Positions 42,082 through 54,465 of a DNA stretch of 64,000 nt are shown here, in pieces. The notes under the pieces were generated by a model. The model was not told the DNA's origin. It ran no database searches and saw only the letters and a list, made by a program, of their open reading frames with translations. Positions within the stretch are counted from its first letter, which is position 1; each line of letters starts with the position of its first letter. The translations under genes and the position numbers were made by a program. The stretch comes from Epiperipatus broadwayi (lineage: Eukaryota > Animalia > Onychophora). The stretch covers positions 4,898,001 to 4,962,000 of the forward strand of contig JAQFVV010000011.1 in NCBI GenBank assembly GCA_028023455.1, read 5' to 3'.

Positions 42082-42185
42082 CATATGTCATAGTATCGGC
42101 CAGGAGGCGAACCCGCAACAACCGTTGCAACCAACTACTTGTTTGCAAAGCGGCTGCGCTGACCTCTCAGCTAACAATGCTTGAC
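42082..42185 (-). mobile_element. tRNA-Gly-derived SINE, expanded-variable-arm variant
   Basis: Homologous to 2227-2334; 17-bp TSD AAAGAACCTCTTTTTTT at 42065-42081 and 42186-42202. Confidence 0.88.
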
Positions 42186-43094
42186 AAAGAACCTCTTTTT
42201 TTTTATATTAAATGAAAGAATATTTATCATTGACTTTTTTCAATTTTTATTTATAAATCTATAAGCAGACTGCCATTAATTTGAAAGTCTTGTTTGCTAA
42301 GCCTTTCCAGATTAACATTTTTTTTGACTAAAGTGGCCATTTAATAACAGCAATATAAGTGAACAGCCGAAGTTTAAAAAATATTATTGGAGTGCATTAA
42401 TTAAACAAAATTTAAAATTTAAATCTATGGTCATAATATGCTTATGAAGAATGCATTTCCATCATCCTATTAAACATTTCATATGTTTCATTTGTTCCAG
42501 CATAATTTTCTTGCATGAAATAAAAATTCTTTAATCCTTATTCCATCATGAAGGACTATTTCTCTAATCTTTTGATTACATCACCAAACAATTTTAACTT
42601 TATTGATACAGATCAATGCTTATATTTACTTTCTTAAACCAAATATTAATAAATATTTAATAAATGAAATACAGTACTCTTGTAAAAATATTCATTATTA
42701 AAAAATAATAAAGTTAAAAATAGTGTTGAAAAGATTTGTAAAATGTGAAAATACTTTTTTCATATAAAAATTCATTTACTTACTTTTGATTTAAAGGAAT
42801 ATTTTTCTAATCTTTTGAATAAATTACTAAATAATTAAAAATGACTTTTAATCATTTAAAATCCATACCACAAAATCTTGAGACTTATAATAATTTTATA
42901 GTAATACAAATGGTGCTTTATTATCATAATCAGTATAAATATAAATTATATTTTTTGTGCAAAATAGTGATTATCATTAATAACATATAATAGAAAGTTC
43001 GGATTATCCAATTCCATATTAATGATAGTAAATTGTACATATATATTAAACATTATAAGCATACAGCTAAATTAGTCAATAAATAATAAAAATG

Positions 43095-43537
43095 AACAAA
43101 ATCCAAAACACAACTAATGGTTTCACTGCTACAAGCAGACTTCTCAAATATAAAGAACTACAAAACAACATCATATTTATATTAAACATTACCCACAAAT
43201 CCATTTACTTACCATAACATTAAAAGAATTTTTAAATAAGTTAATTGCTTCAGAATAATAAATTTTCAATAATGAAGATTCTTTAATTCTTCTTTTTATT
43301 TCGTGTGTCTTCTTTGACAGAAATGAAATAAAAAGAATTAAAGAATCTTTATTATTGAAAATTTATTATTCTGAAGCAATTAACTTATTTAAAAGTTCTT
43401 TTAATATTAAGGGTGGATGGTAAGTAAATGGATTTGTGGGTAATGTTTAATATAAATATGATGTTGTTTTGTAGTTCTTTACACTTGAGAAGTCTGCTTG
43501 TAGCAGTGAAACCATTGGTTGTGTTTTTGATTTTGTT
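43095..43537. repeat. 443-bp near-perfect hairpin (foldback MITE-like)
   Basis: 43095-43302 is the reverse complement of 43325-43537 with few mismatches and two small indels; 22-nt loop. Confidence 0.92.
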
Positions 43538-44004
43538 TTCTTGGCTAGTCTGGTTGAGTTTTGGATTTGGGGTAATTTTAATTATATATGTTAAATTAAA
43601 TATCTTTATGAGTTAATTAAGATGTAAATAAATGAGAATCTCCATGTAATAATTAAAGAAATATGTCTAACAATGACGTTGCTAATTATCTTTTGTCACT
43701 AAGTAAATTCAGACAAAAAGCTATTATTGACTATTAGAGCATGTGATTCAATTTGAGACTATCAATGATAATTGATGATTATCTGGACATATTTCTCTAA
43801 TTATTACATAGAAAGTCCCCACTTATTCAAATGTTTACATATGTATTATATACAAGTCAAAGATAATAATAGAATATAAAATAAAACACTAAAATTCTAT
43901 AATTTTTAATTTACTAATATATAAATAAACAACAGCTATAGACCTCGACTTCCGTTTATATTTCAGTTATATATTTCTGTATTAATTAATATTTACAATA
44001 TATA

Positions 44005-44248
44005 TAAACAAATGGAGAGATGTCAGCTCAGCCACAATGTATGAAATATTCTTTATAGTTGCTATTATATATATATATATATAAAAGAAAAACCTTTCTG
44101 AAAGTGGATAATTATTATACGCGTGTGAACAATTTCAGTCACTTCAAGAAAGAGTAAAGATTGTTCCTGACATGTATATATCCTGTACAGTGATCTGGTA
44201 ACTTTTTTCATATACTATAACTGGAGTTGACATCTCTCCATTTGTTTA
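44005..44248. mobile_element. MITE-like element with terminal inverted repeats
   Basis: TAAACAAATGGAGAGATGTCAGCTC at left vs GAGTTGACATCTCTCCATTTGTTTA at right. Confidence 0.65.
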
Positions 44249-44918
44249 CATATTTTTATTAGTATGCTAAACTTTATTAACTATATATATTCAGTAAAGT
44301 TCTAAACACTTTAGAGCTTAGTATTTAATGATGGAGTTCTAAACATAATTAACCAGATAACTGGAAAGCAATAGAAAACTATGATCAAAGGAAATAAAAA
44401 CTGACTTTTGATTAGTACAATATTGTATATTATCAATAGATCAAAAATTGTCTTTGAGCCTGCATATATATTTGCAAAAAGAGTTTATTTCTAGTGAAGT
44501 GCATGTATAGTAAAGAGACTGAGCAGAAAGATTTTACACTGAGTAAGAGGTCAAGATTTATCACACACAATAAAGAAATGCATTAGAAATCTAAATTATT
44601 TGATTGACTACCATATTTCTCAAGCTAAATAGTCAATTTATCATATATATATATATACAGCACAATATATTTATTCACAGACTCACATATATAATTTTTA
44701 GTTAAATAAAATTTAATTCATACTCTATATTAGTAGCATGTCAATATAAAACAGCTCTAAAACTGAAATGCTAAAAACATTATGGTATGAGAATATCTCT
44801 AGAAAATTGCTTATGATGATGGTTGTAGAATTCTACTGCGTTTACGGAAAAGTTAACATATGTACACATATATTCTCTATACTGTATTTCATCACTGTTG
44901 AAAATTTTTGTCTCTTAC

Positions 44919-45026
44919 CTGGAAGAAATCCTGGAACATCCACAAAGGTGATAATTGGAATATTAAAAGCATCACAAAATCTTACAAATCTGGCTCCCTT
45001 TACAGAGGCATTAATGTCTAGACACC
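44919..45026 (-). CDS. PCCB: PCCB exon (108 nt)
   Basis: (G)[36 protein letters not shown]; AG/GTAAGA flanks. Confidence 0.98.
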
Positions 45027-46685
45027 CTACAAAATATATAGAGATGAAATTATTAATTTCAAAATTACAATAATCGTTTTAGTTATTTAGTTACATAATT
45101 TTGTGTTTTCAGCAAACATTTAACTTTTCTCACCATTATATAATGCCTTTCACAGATGTTGTTTCACTATAGAAAAATGGTGTAGTAACATGCAAATTGG
45201 CATGTGTAAAAGGGTATATGAGTTATTCAAATCTACAGTAAGGGCAGTCAGTCACATGAGTTTTAGAGATTTAGGGATAAATATAGATGAAAATATCGTT
45301 TAATAGATTATGCCCAATGTTAAATGGAAAAATATAGATAAGATTAGTTTTGTTAGAGCATATTTCAAGAATCAAAATATCTAAAAGATTTTATCACCAT
45401 CCCTAAAAATTGTACAATGTATTTCTAAGAGGAAAGACAATAGGCTCATATATACCTAATTGAGTAAGCATCAAATCAGACATTTGTAAAGGAATGCAAG
45501 AACAGTTAGATGCAAAAAATTACCAGACATCTTCATAGAAGAATTGATAAACTCAAGCAATGATATTGGCATGGAAAAATAAGCATATTTGAAAATAGTG
45601 GAGCCATTAGCAATCATAGATAGAATTCGATAAGCAATAACAATAACAACTGACACTTCTATCAAAAATTTTATAATAAAATAAAAAACTTGCAGGGAGA
45701 GTCAAAAATTACTATGACTGTTTTCCTTCTTGCTGGTAGTAAAGCTGTGTAGAGAGAGGAATAGGTTCAAATTCTTCAGTAATGAATCATTAATATTATT
45801 TAGACAGTATCATATATTAAATCCACACTTAGAAAAAACATGGCCACAAGATGATTTAGCCATTATCTACAAGTAGGATATTGCTTCCAAAGCAGGTATT
45901 CCTTCATTTCTGCGGCCATAATTTATAATAGTCCATCAGCCATTAAACAATAGCAGTCTCACCTTTTAGCTACTGTAAGCTTGGATAATCTATGATTATA
46001 TAATGGTAATGCTATTTAATCACTATCTCCTGATGCGTTTTGGCTTTTGACTCTATCAATGAGCACTTGGAACTCAAAGCTGCAGTTGTGCATCTGACAG
46101 TCACCTTTGATTCATTTTTTACTGTCAAGCTAATAGCCTGAAATTAAAAACAACTTAAGCCCGTTTGTTTGTATAATTATAGATATCACATCAGGTCAAT
46201 AATTATATACTTTCAGTACAGAGAAGTTTCGATTATAATGTAGTAAACTGGAAAAAATCAGATGATGTATTGGTAATTGTTTATCAAGAGCACATTTATG
46301 CTCATTAGTAAATAATGAAATTTTGTGCCGTTTCCTAAATGTTCTTGATTTTTTCAGCAGAATACATGCATAACATTACACCACCAACATTTCAATTCTT
46401 CTTTGGTTAATTGATCTCCAGATATCTCGCTCGTAGAAAATAAATGTGATTTTATTGGAATATTCTTGTAAGCATTCTCTTAAATGCTCCATAATGATGA
46501 CATGATTATCACAAATGAACACTGACAGATAACTTACATCCAAAAAAGTCATTAGAAGCCTTTATTTGGGGTTCAGAGTTCTGTTTGCATAGTTATCATA
46601 AAACTAATTTCTTTCTATCTTTTTCTCTGGGAGTTTTTAGCGAGCTAAAAGAGTAGCAAAATTTTTTCTCACAATAATGCCATTT

Positions 46686-46807
46686 AACAATTCAAAATAC
46701 AGCAAAACTCTCCATATAGTAGTGCCATCTTGTGCTAACAAGAGCAATCAATGGATGCCACAAGATGGCACTACTATATGGAGAGTTTTGCTGTATTTTG
46801 AATTGTT
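46686..46807. repeat. Perfect 49-bp stem hairpin with 24-nt loop
   Basis: 46686-46734 is the exact reverse complement of 46759-46807. Confidence 0.93.
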
Positions 46808-47404
46808 TAATAACAATTATTGTGCTAGTATGAGATGGTGATCATGTGAATAATGCCATTTACTACAAGCTCTCGTAATCAATAGCTACTACTTGTATAA
46901 GCATAAAGAAAAGGCGATTGTGTGATGTTCTAATGCGGATTGCATATCATAACAGTTATACAAAGTAGTAGCTGCTATAATACAATTCTGTCTTCTTCAC
47001 TATCTAAGTAATAAATTAATAGCAATATTAATACTGATTCATACATGGAGAAAACATTGACAACATTAAAGATAATCTTAATTAATGCATTTTGTTGCTG
47101 AAGACTGTATTTAAGATATCAATGTTTTCACCATGCATGAAATATCAACACTGCCATTATTATACTTCTGCTTTTCAAATTAAATATACAATTTATATGC
47201 TAAAATATCTATTTATTAATAATGAATTTTTAATGCCTAATTATCATATATAATATTTATTTGCAAAAGGTATTTTATATATTATGTTAAACAACAGAAA
47301 GTCTATCAGTTTTAATGTACTAAGAAAATACGAGGATAATATATTTCTAAAAAATATTAATCCCAATAAAAATTTAGAACATGTATTTTTTATCATTTAT
47401 TTAC

Positions 47405-47528
47405 CTGCAGCAACTTTAGGTTGATTACCTACAATTCCAACAGTTCGTCCACTCATTCTAGCAAACCCAATTACAATATTTTTTGCATAATTTGGCATAA
47501 TTTGGAAAAAATCTCTTTCATCAACTAT
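47405..47528 (-). CDS. PCCB: PCCB exon (124 nt)
   Basis: [42 protein letters not shown]; CAG/GT flanks. Confidence 0.98.
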
Positions 47529-47851
47529 CTGTAAAAAATAATAGTAATACTTATATATAAAAACACCCTTACATACATAGATGCACATTTTTACATGTAT
47601 ATAATTATAATTTTACTGAAACTATCTGCATTCATATACATATAAAGAATTTATTGGTAAGGTTGTGTTTAAATTGAGACCAGATGAATGAGTAGGCTTA
47701 TGATTTTTCCTATAAGTTTTTATTGCATTCATATATATATATGGTGTAGCATTAACCATGTTCAGAAGTCGACATTCAAACTAAAACCTGATGAAACTCA
47801 AAAATTTTTTCAGGTTATGAGGTTTAAAATTTTTCTTTCAGGTAATTACTG

Positions 47852-47871
47852 CACACACACACACACACACA
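47852..47871. repeat. (CA)10 microsatellite
   Basis: Read directly from the sequence. Confidence 0.9.
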
Positions 47872-48973
47872 TACATATGTTGTAGTATGCTCACAACTTG
47901 AGGTTCAACAATCTGAAACCCAGCAGGCTTAGGATTTTTCATTCATGTAATCAGTTCTGGTCTTCTAGATAATAATTCAATAGCTAGCCTGATGACTAAT
48001 GGCTTTCTCTTCACTGTTCTTCGTGAAAATCTGTTAGAAAGTCTTTTATTCTTTAGTGGGCTATTTAAATACTGGTTTACAATACACACACATATATATA
48101 TATTCAAAGAAACAACCTTTGCCTTTGATCCTACTTTCTTGCTTTCATCTGAAAACTCTTGCAAATAATCCGTAATATTTCTGAATGTACATTTAATCGT
48201 ACTTTCTTGCTTTCACCTGATACCTGTTGCAATTAGTCCATAATGCTTCTTAATCCACATTTTTGATCATCTAAAAATATAGATGGTTTAATAATCTTTA
48301 TTTACTTTTATTCCTTTTGCTTCCTATTTTACTCCCAAAAATATTTCCTGAAAACTGTTGTAAAAACTTGAAGATATGGAATCACTTTATAATATTATTA
48401 GTGTCACCATGTAACTACTATTGCATTTTGATAAACATTCTTTAGAATTTGACAATATTCCATGTCTATACCTTGACATTCCAAAGCCTTAATTATTGCT
48501 TAAATGCTTAGTCAAATGCCTTTTAATAATCTACAAATCCAAAGCATAATGGCAACTCATATTCATTAATCCTTTCTATTGGATATGATTTATTGTGCTA
48601 AAACCAATTTTAAATTTAATTTGTTCTTTTGATTCGTAAGAGTTCAAAGTTTTCTGCATGTGAGTTGTAATGATCTTAATAAAGATTTTGCATAGAACTA
48701 TAGAAGACTGACAGGTCTGCCATTTCTAATATACCTTTTTTAACCATTCTTAAATATCAATATCATTACTGCATTCTTCCAGTCACCTGGTACACCTTTA
48801 ACATTTAGACATTTATCTTTGCCAATAATTTTTGTTCTTCCACATTGGCTTCTTTTATTAAATAATTATATAATTTCCTTGAACTTTAACATTTTTCATA
48901 GATTTAATTGCATATCTCACTTTTTCATTTTAAATACTTGGCAATTCAAATTGTTATAATTATAGACTATTTT

Positions 48974-50185
48974 TCTTATAATAACTTCTCTCGTAGACAC
49001 TTTAATGCAAACAAATTTTTTAATTAAAACTTCTTTATTTTCCTGACAGTTTCAAATGTCCTGCAGTCTTCATCAGAGCTACAACATTGAATGATATAAA
49101 CATATAACCATTACTTTATATACATATAAAAATATATACATATGTATATCAAAATACATATATACATAGCCTCTAACATACATTTCTGTATATACACACA
49201 TATATAAAATAGATATATATCCAGACACATATATAAACTACATATAAAAATACACATATATAAAATATATACAAAAATACCCATTAATTACACAATTTTT
49301 ATATTATTATTTTTTATAATCCTATTTTATTTTTAATTTTTTTAAAAACTACCCTTTAATACTTCTTTACTAATTTTACTTTATTTTATTTTCTACTTTT
49401 TATTCATTATCTTTCTTTCCTACCTATCATTTTACATTATTATCTAATATATTTTTCTAAAAAATTTATATATATATATTTTGAATATTTTTTTACCATC
49501 TTTGTTTTTTATTTTTAATATATATAAAATTAACTTTAACTCTTTTTTTATTATTTATCTAATCTTATTCTTTATTAATTTTTATATTTAATTTCTAATT
49601 TATTCTCTTTAATAATTCCCATATTAACTTACCGTTCTAACCTTCTCTATCTTTTAAAAATAACTGATTTTCAAATTCCTTAACTTTTAATTTTATTTGA
49701 AATTTTTTTTTTAATTTTACAAACCTATATATATATATATTTACAAATTTCTATCTATATCCACATATTAAACCTTTATATACTTATTTTATTATTATCA
49801 TTAATAATCCTTTAAACTAATACTATTTTAAACTTTTAATTTTTATTCAAACCTCTACACTTACACCCATATACTCCCTACATATATACATACTTACCTT
49901 TTCACTATTAATTCTAATATTACCACTATAAAAATAATGTTTTTACCCCCCCCTCCCAACTCTACTTAAATTTGGTTTTATCTTCTTAATTAGTATCACT
50001 TCTTTTATTTTCCTATCCTTTCTTTTATCAGTATATCCAATCATCTTTATACTATCTCTCTCAAATATATAAAGAAGTTTTAATTAAAAAATTTGTTTGT
50101 ATTAAAGTGTATACGAGAGAAGTTATTATAAGAAATATATATATGAATATATGAAGAAATGGAAAGTACAGGAGAAAAATAAAAA
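48974..50185 (-). mobile_element. 5'-truncated Penelope-like retroelement with inverted tail, hammerhead motif and 13-bp TSD
   Basis: TSD TATAGACTATTTT at 48961-48973 and 50186-50198; inverted repeat 48972-49038 vs 50069-50135 (65/67); minus frame 50065-49943 FERDSIKMIGYTDKRKDRKIKEVILIKKIKPNLSRVGRGG* resembles the PLE GIY-YIG C-terminus; hammerhead core followed by AATAAA. Confidence 0.78.
49041..49080 (-). ncRNA. Hammerhead ribozyme motif (PLE-type, partly degenerate)
   Basis: Minus strand AGCT-CTGATGA-AGAC-TGCAGGACA-TTT-GAAAC-T-GTC-AGGA, then AATAAA at 49034-49039; same spacing as 20481-20514. Confidence 0.65.
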
Positions 50186-51999
50186 TATAGACTATTTTGT
50201 TTGCTTGTTCATTATAACTATTCAGTTTTTGTAAAACTATTCTGCAGATTTCATGATAACATACTTTTTTTTAATAATAGTGCTATCTTTTCTTATTGGT
50301 GAAAAAAACTTTCTTGTATGACTTTCCTTGACTCTTTACTGTTCTGGTTTCAGATAAATTGATACAAATGGGTTGACTTGAATTCAAAATCTTAAGGTTT
50401 GTTGAATTTCAAGCTAAAACTTTGCTAAAAGGAATTGAAAATGGCTTCCAGATGCATAATTGCATTGGTTTCAGTTTTGAATCCCAAATCCTCATTGATA
50501 AAGGCAAACCCCAGTAGCCATTCTGGGATTAAATTGATCAATTATTTAGTACCCACTAGAAATCTTACAACAGATGGTGTTAAGGCACAGAAAACAATGC
50601 TCTTATTTTATGAATTTCCAGATAAACAATTCTTTTAAATAGATCATTTAAAAATACTTTCATATTCCTTTTTTTTTCTTCATACATTGCATTATCTCAT
50701 TTGAAATTTACTGTTGAACTGTATTATCTGCAAACTAATACCACTATCAGTAATTTTCTCATTGGAATATTTTTATCTTTTTTCAATAGTTTTTATCTCT
50801 CTAGATTTGTATTAATACATATTTTACAATTTACTACTTGATTATCATATCATGACATGAATTTATTACATATATTAGTCTTGAAATACATGTTTTCATT
50901 TAGTCAAAATGAACTCCAACTCTGCTGTACTCTGTATTTGGATACTTCCTGTCCATTTCTGCTTTGGATTTTTCTCAAAGGAAGATTTCATAATATTCAA
51001 ATGTTCTGAAAATTCCAAAATCTGTGTCTTTCATTTATGTAAAACACTTCCATCTTTTATTCATTTTCCAGTTCTAGCATTAAAATCTGTTATTTAATGT
51101 GATCAAAAATATTCTGCACTTTTTCATTACAGTGAGAATTTCTTGGGGCATAAATCTGAATTATCTGTATTTGACATCTTCCACTAAGCTGCTACTCTAT
51201 CTAATATACTATCAATTTCCACAGCATATTTCCATTTTTTATTTATAATGAGTCCTATTCCATTAGTGCTTCCAATATTTTATAATGAAGTTCATATTAC
51301 TTATTAAAGCAATTATCTCTTCACCTTTTCCTCTAACTAAGCAAAATCCGACAACCTTATTTAATATTACCCAGTTTTTTTCTAATTTATGCAATATTCT
51401 TTTATGAAAGAGTGACTATAATTATAGATAGATAAATAAAAGATCGATACCAAACGGTAACATAGGTTAGCTATCAGCAAAATCATGCATCTATGCCTTT
51501 GATCACTAATAGCTTAGTTCCTGGCAATGAACACTATAATTTAGTTTTGTCTATCATAATTGTAAATACAGAAAAGAATTAGCTTTCATAAACACACTCA
51601 TTCCATCTTCAAACAGATTCAACTATTACTTCAATTAAGAACTATCAAATAACTGAGAAAAAAGATGCCAGGATTACTTGGTCTTAAACTCAAATGTAAA
51701 AGCAAATAAAATCTCCATGCTTGTCAAATTAATAAATAATCTATTATGTCCACTAATAACATTAGACACTTACTCGAATCTAAGATTTTCAGTTAATAAC
51801 ATAATTTTTTCTCCGGCCATATTAATAATATTAATTAACAGTATGTTTCAAACAATCCTGCAATAGATATATACGCATATGTGTGTAAATCAAAAATAAT
51901 GTCTAACTAAAAACCTATATTTATATATCTTTATGTTATATAGATAGACACACATATTTAAATACAGCTTTACACATTACAACCAATTAGGTAATTAAT

Positions 52000-52190
52000 A
52001 CATTAAGAGCTAAAACATATCATGAACGAGAGCATTTAGGCGACCTCTATCAGATTATTATTTAATTAAGATATCTAATATAAGAGCCAAATTCTGAATT
52101 GTGACAAAATAAGACCAATAAATATATGTTCAATTGGGAAAAAATAGAAATATTGGACAAAGAAAAAAATGTATAAGAAAGAAAATTTAA
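52000..52190 (+). mobile_element. Penelope-like GIY-YIG remnant
   Basis: KTYHEREHLGD...EPNSEL*...KYMFNWEKIEILDKEKNV*ERK resembles the PLE TRI.EH...S.L..H...H.F.W....IL..E motif. Confidence 0.55.
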
Positions 52191-52910
52191 TGTGGTGGAG
52201 AACTCAAGAAGCCCCTCACATATAAGTATATTAAATTTTTATTGATTGTTATCTTTAAGAGTGTCATCTTTAATTCAATATTCATGAATATACAGATCTC
52301 TAGTTCAATTCTCATGTTAGTATTACCATTGGTCAGGCCAGAATTTCTTGAAAAAGAAATAATAATTTCATTCGAAATGTGGTGTTATATGCTAACTTGT
52401 GTGCTACTATTGAAAGTTGAAAGTATTTGAAAAGTTTAAACTTAAATTGTCTAAAAAATTCTAACAATTAATATTAGATGATGGGAATAGTCCATCATAG
52501 AATTATAATTAAAATATCATCATCACAAACTTTCAAACAAATACAGTTTCAAGGAGCTGCTATCATCAGCAGAACCAAACCCCAACATTACAAATTACAG
52601 TAGGGTTAAAGCTTATTTATAAGCAGCTTTCACTTGCTTTATTTCATAACATTATATATTAACAGTTTTCAATAAATGGTTTTAAAGCAATAGAGCTAAA
52701 TATTCATTTTGTGTCAATGTAACACATACATATTTATGATTCATTAGATATGTATGTTTTTTTTAAAATAATTTTACTAAAGCAAGTGTAGTCATATAAA
52801 AATAAAATACGTATATTTATAATAATTTTTCATTTTAGTAATAAAAATTCTAAATTATAACAATCATTTAGCATTTTTTGATATACAAAAGCAAAATGTT
52901 TCTTACTAAC

Positions 52911-52992
52911 AGCATAAATAACATCCAGAATATTGTAGGCAGCAGTTGACTCTAGAGGAACAACGGTATCCAAATTATCAACCATTCGATCC
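52911..52992 (-). CDS. PCCB: PCCB exon (82 nt)
   Basis: (W)DRMVDNLDTVVPLESTAAYNILDVIYA; AG/GTTAGT flanks. Confidence 0.97.
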
Positions 52993-53073
52993 CTTAAAAA
53001 GTTAAAAAAAAAAAAAATTAAAATTTTGGTAAAAATATTTTCTAGAAAGTGTTTTATGATCTACACTTATTAC

Positions 53074-53194
53074 CATGGATCATCGCAATGACGAATTGGA
53101 GCGGGGTCTTGGTTACTTAAAGGAATAAAATTGTAGAAGTCTCGCAATTGTAAAAGAGCATCTACATCATTTTCAAATGCACAGTGGGCCACAC
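53074..53194 (-). CDS. PCCB: PCCB exon (121 nt)
   Basis: (G)[39 protein letters not shown]; AG/GT flanks. Confidence 0.97.
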
Positions 53195-54381
53195 CTTCAA
53201 GAAAAATATATATATAATTAACAACTACCTATTAATCCAATTAGAGTTATCATCTGCATAAATATAAGTCAGCTGATAAAATAGCCTTTAAATATTCCAC
53301 TGCAAAATGATAGCCTCTCCACCAGTTCCTCATAAGGAAGCAGTGAAGAAGGTATAATCAATGGGAATGAGGATTCAGGTAGTTTTCTACCTTTGCTTTA
53401 CTATCTAATTAAGAATAGACAGATATCATTTACTGTTTACTAATGGATGATTCAAGCTATAATTCGGCTACCTAAAATAAAAATCAAGTATGCATAGTCT
53501 AGATTCAAATTCTAGGTTATGAGAATAGCAGGTGAAGTAACTAATTAATACTATTTAGATATGAGAAAAATGTTATGAGTTACTAATTTTTGAGAAGTTA
53601 CAGGGATATTTAAAATATATATAACAATTTATGATTCCATTGAATTTAAATGCTGTCTAATTAAAAAGAAAAAAATACATAATGACAATTTATTTTAATT
53701 AATGTCTTAAAATAAAGAAATAATTTACACTTTGTTGTCAATTTTGTATGTGGTTGAGGCAAAACCAATGTTGGATGCTCATGGAGAGATTAAAGAAGTG
53801 AAATACAGAATTATATATATATATGTTTTAGAAGAATATTAATTATAATCTAGCTAGCCAGTTAGCATTTGAAATCATTAAATATATTTACTGTCAATCA
53901 TGTCAGTTTATATGATTTGCAAGAATAATTTGCCAAAGATTTGTGTTTTTGCCGTGGAAAGTTAATGTGCCCTGTAACACAAACTATTATGAGATAGTAT
54001 ATTTATACATTTTGTAATATTTGGAGGAACAGTTTATTAATATCTTGCCATAAGCAATTAACATGATCCTGTTATATGTGTCCATATGATGTTTCTTTCT
54101 TTGAGATCATTGAGAATTTCCCTATATGATTGGTTTTATGTAAGAGATGATGTTTGATGATATGTTTGTTAATTAATTCTGTTTGTGACTATTGTAGCTC
54201 AGGCATATTTAAATTTGATCGCACAGCCTGGACAATATATAGTTCAAGAAGATGATCGTAAGTATTTGATGATTATTATTAAAATGATTTAAAATCATGA
54301 ATTTATGAGATTAATTAAATATTAAGAGAATTTTATAATGAATTGATAACAAAGAAATTTCAAGTTTAAATATATGTCTTA

Positions 54382-54465
54382 GTCAAGCATTGGTGGCTAG
54401 CACAGCTGCCTTCCAAGTAGGTGGCCCGGGTTCGCTTCCTGGCCAACGCATTCAACATATGAAAA
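54382..54465 (+). mobile_element. tRNA-Gly(TCC)-derived SINE with D-arm deletion
   Basis: GTCAAGCATTGGTGGCTAGCACAGCTGCCTTCCAAGTAGGTGGCCCGGGTTCGCTTCCTGGCCAACGCATTCAACATATGAAAAG; retains the TCC anticodon. Confidence 0.85.

Larger units (their letters stand above)
48380..51800 (-). mobile_element. RTE-clade LINE remnant interrupted by a 1.2-kb insertion at 48974-50185
   Basis: Minus frames VVGFCLVRGKGEE, IQIYAP, DFNARTG and EYELPLCFGFVDY*KAFD; colinear with 33990-36110 across the insertion site. Confidence 0.82.

Noticed and set aside
45800-46560. Possible DNA-transposon (Sola-like) protein remnant
   Set aside because: Cys/His-containing broken frames, but no motif I could identify with confidence.
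49225-50073. G-free tract as a mitochondrial control-region NUMT, an APE-endonuclease remnant, or G>A hypermutated bulk DNA
   Set aside because: No mitochondrial genes nearby. The peptide fits the PLE GIY-YIG C-terminus better and is linked to a hammerhead, inverted tail and TSD. The tract is T-rich rather than A-rich, unlike G>A-converted average DNA.
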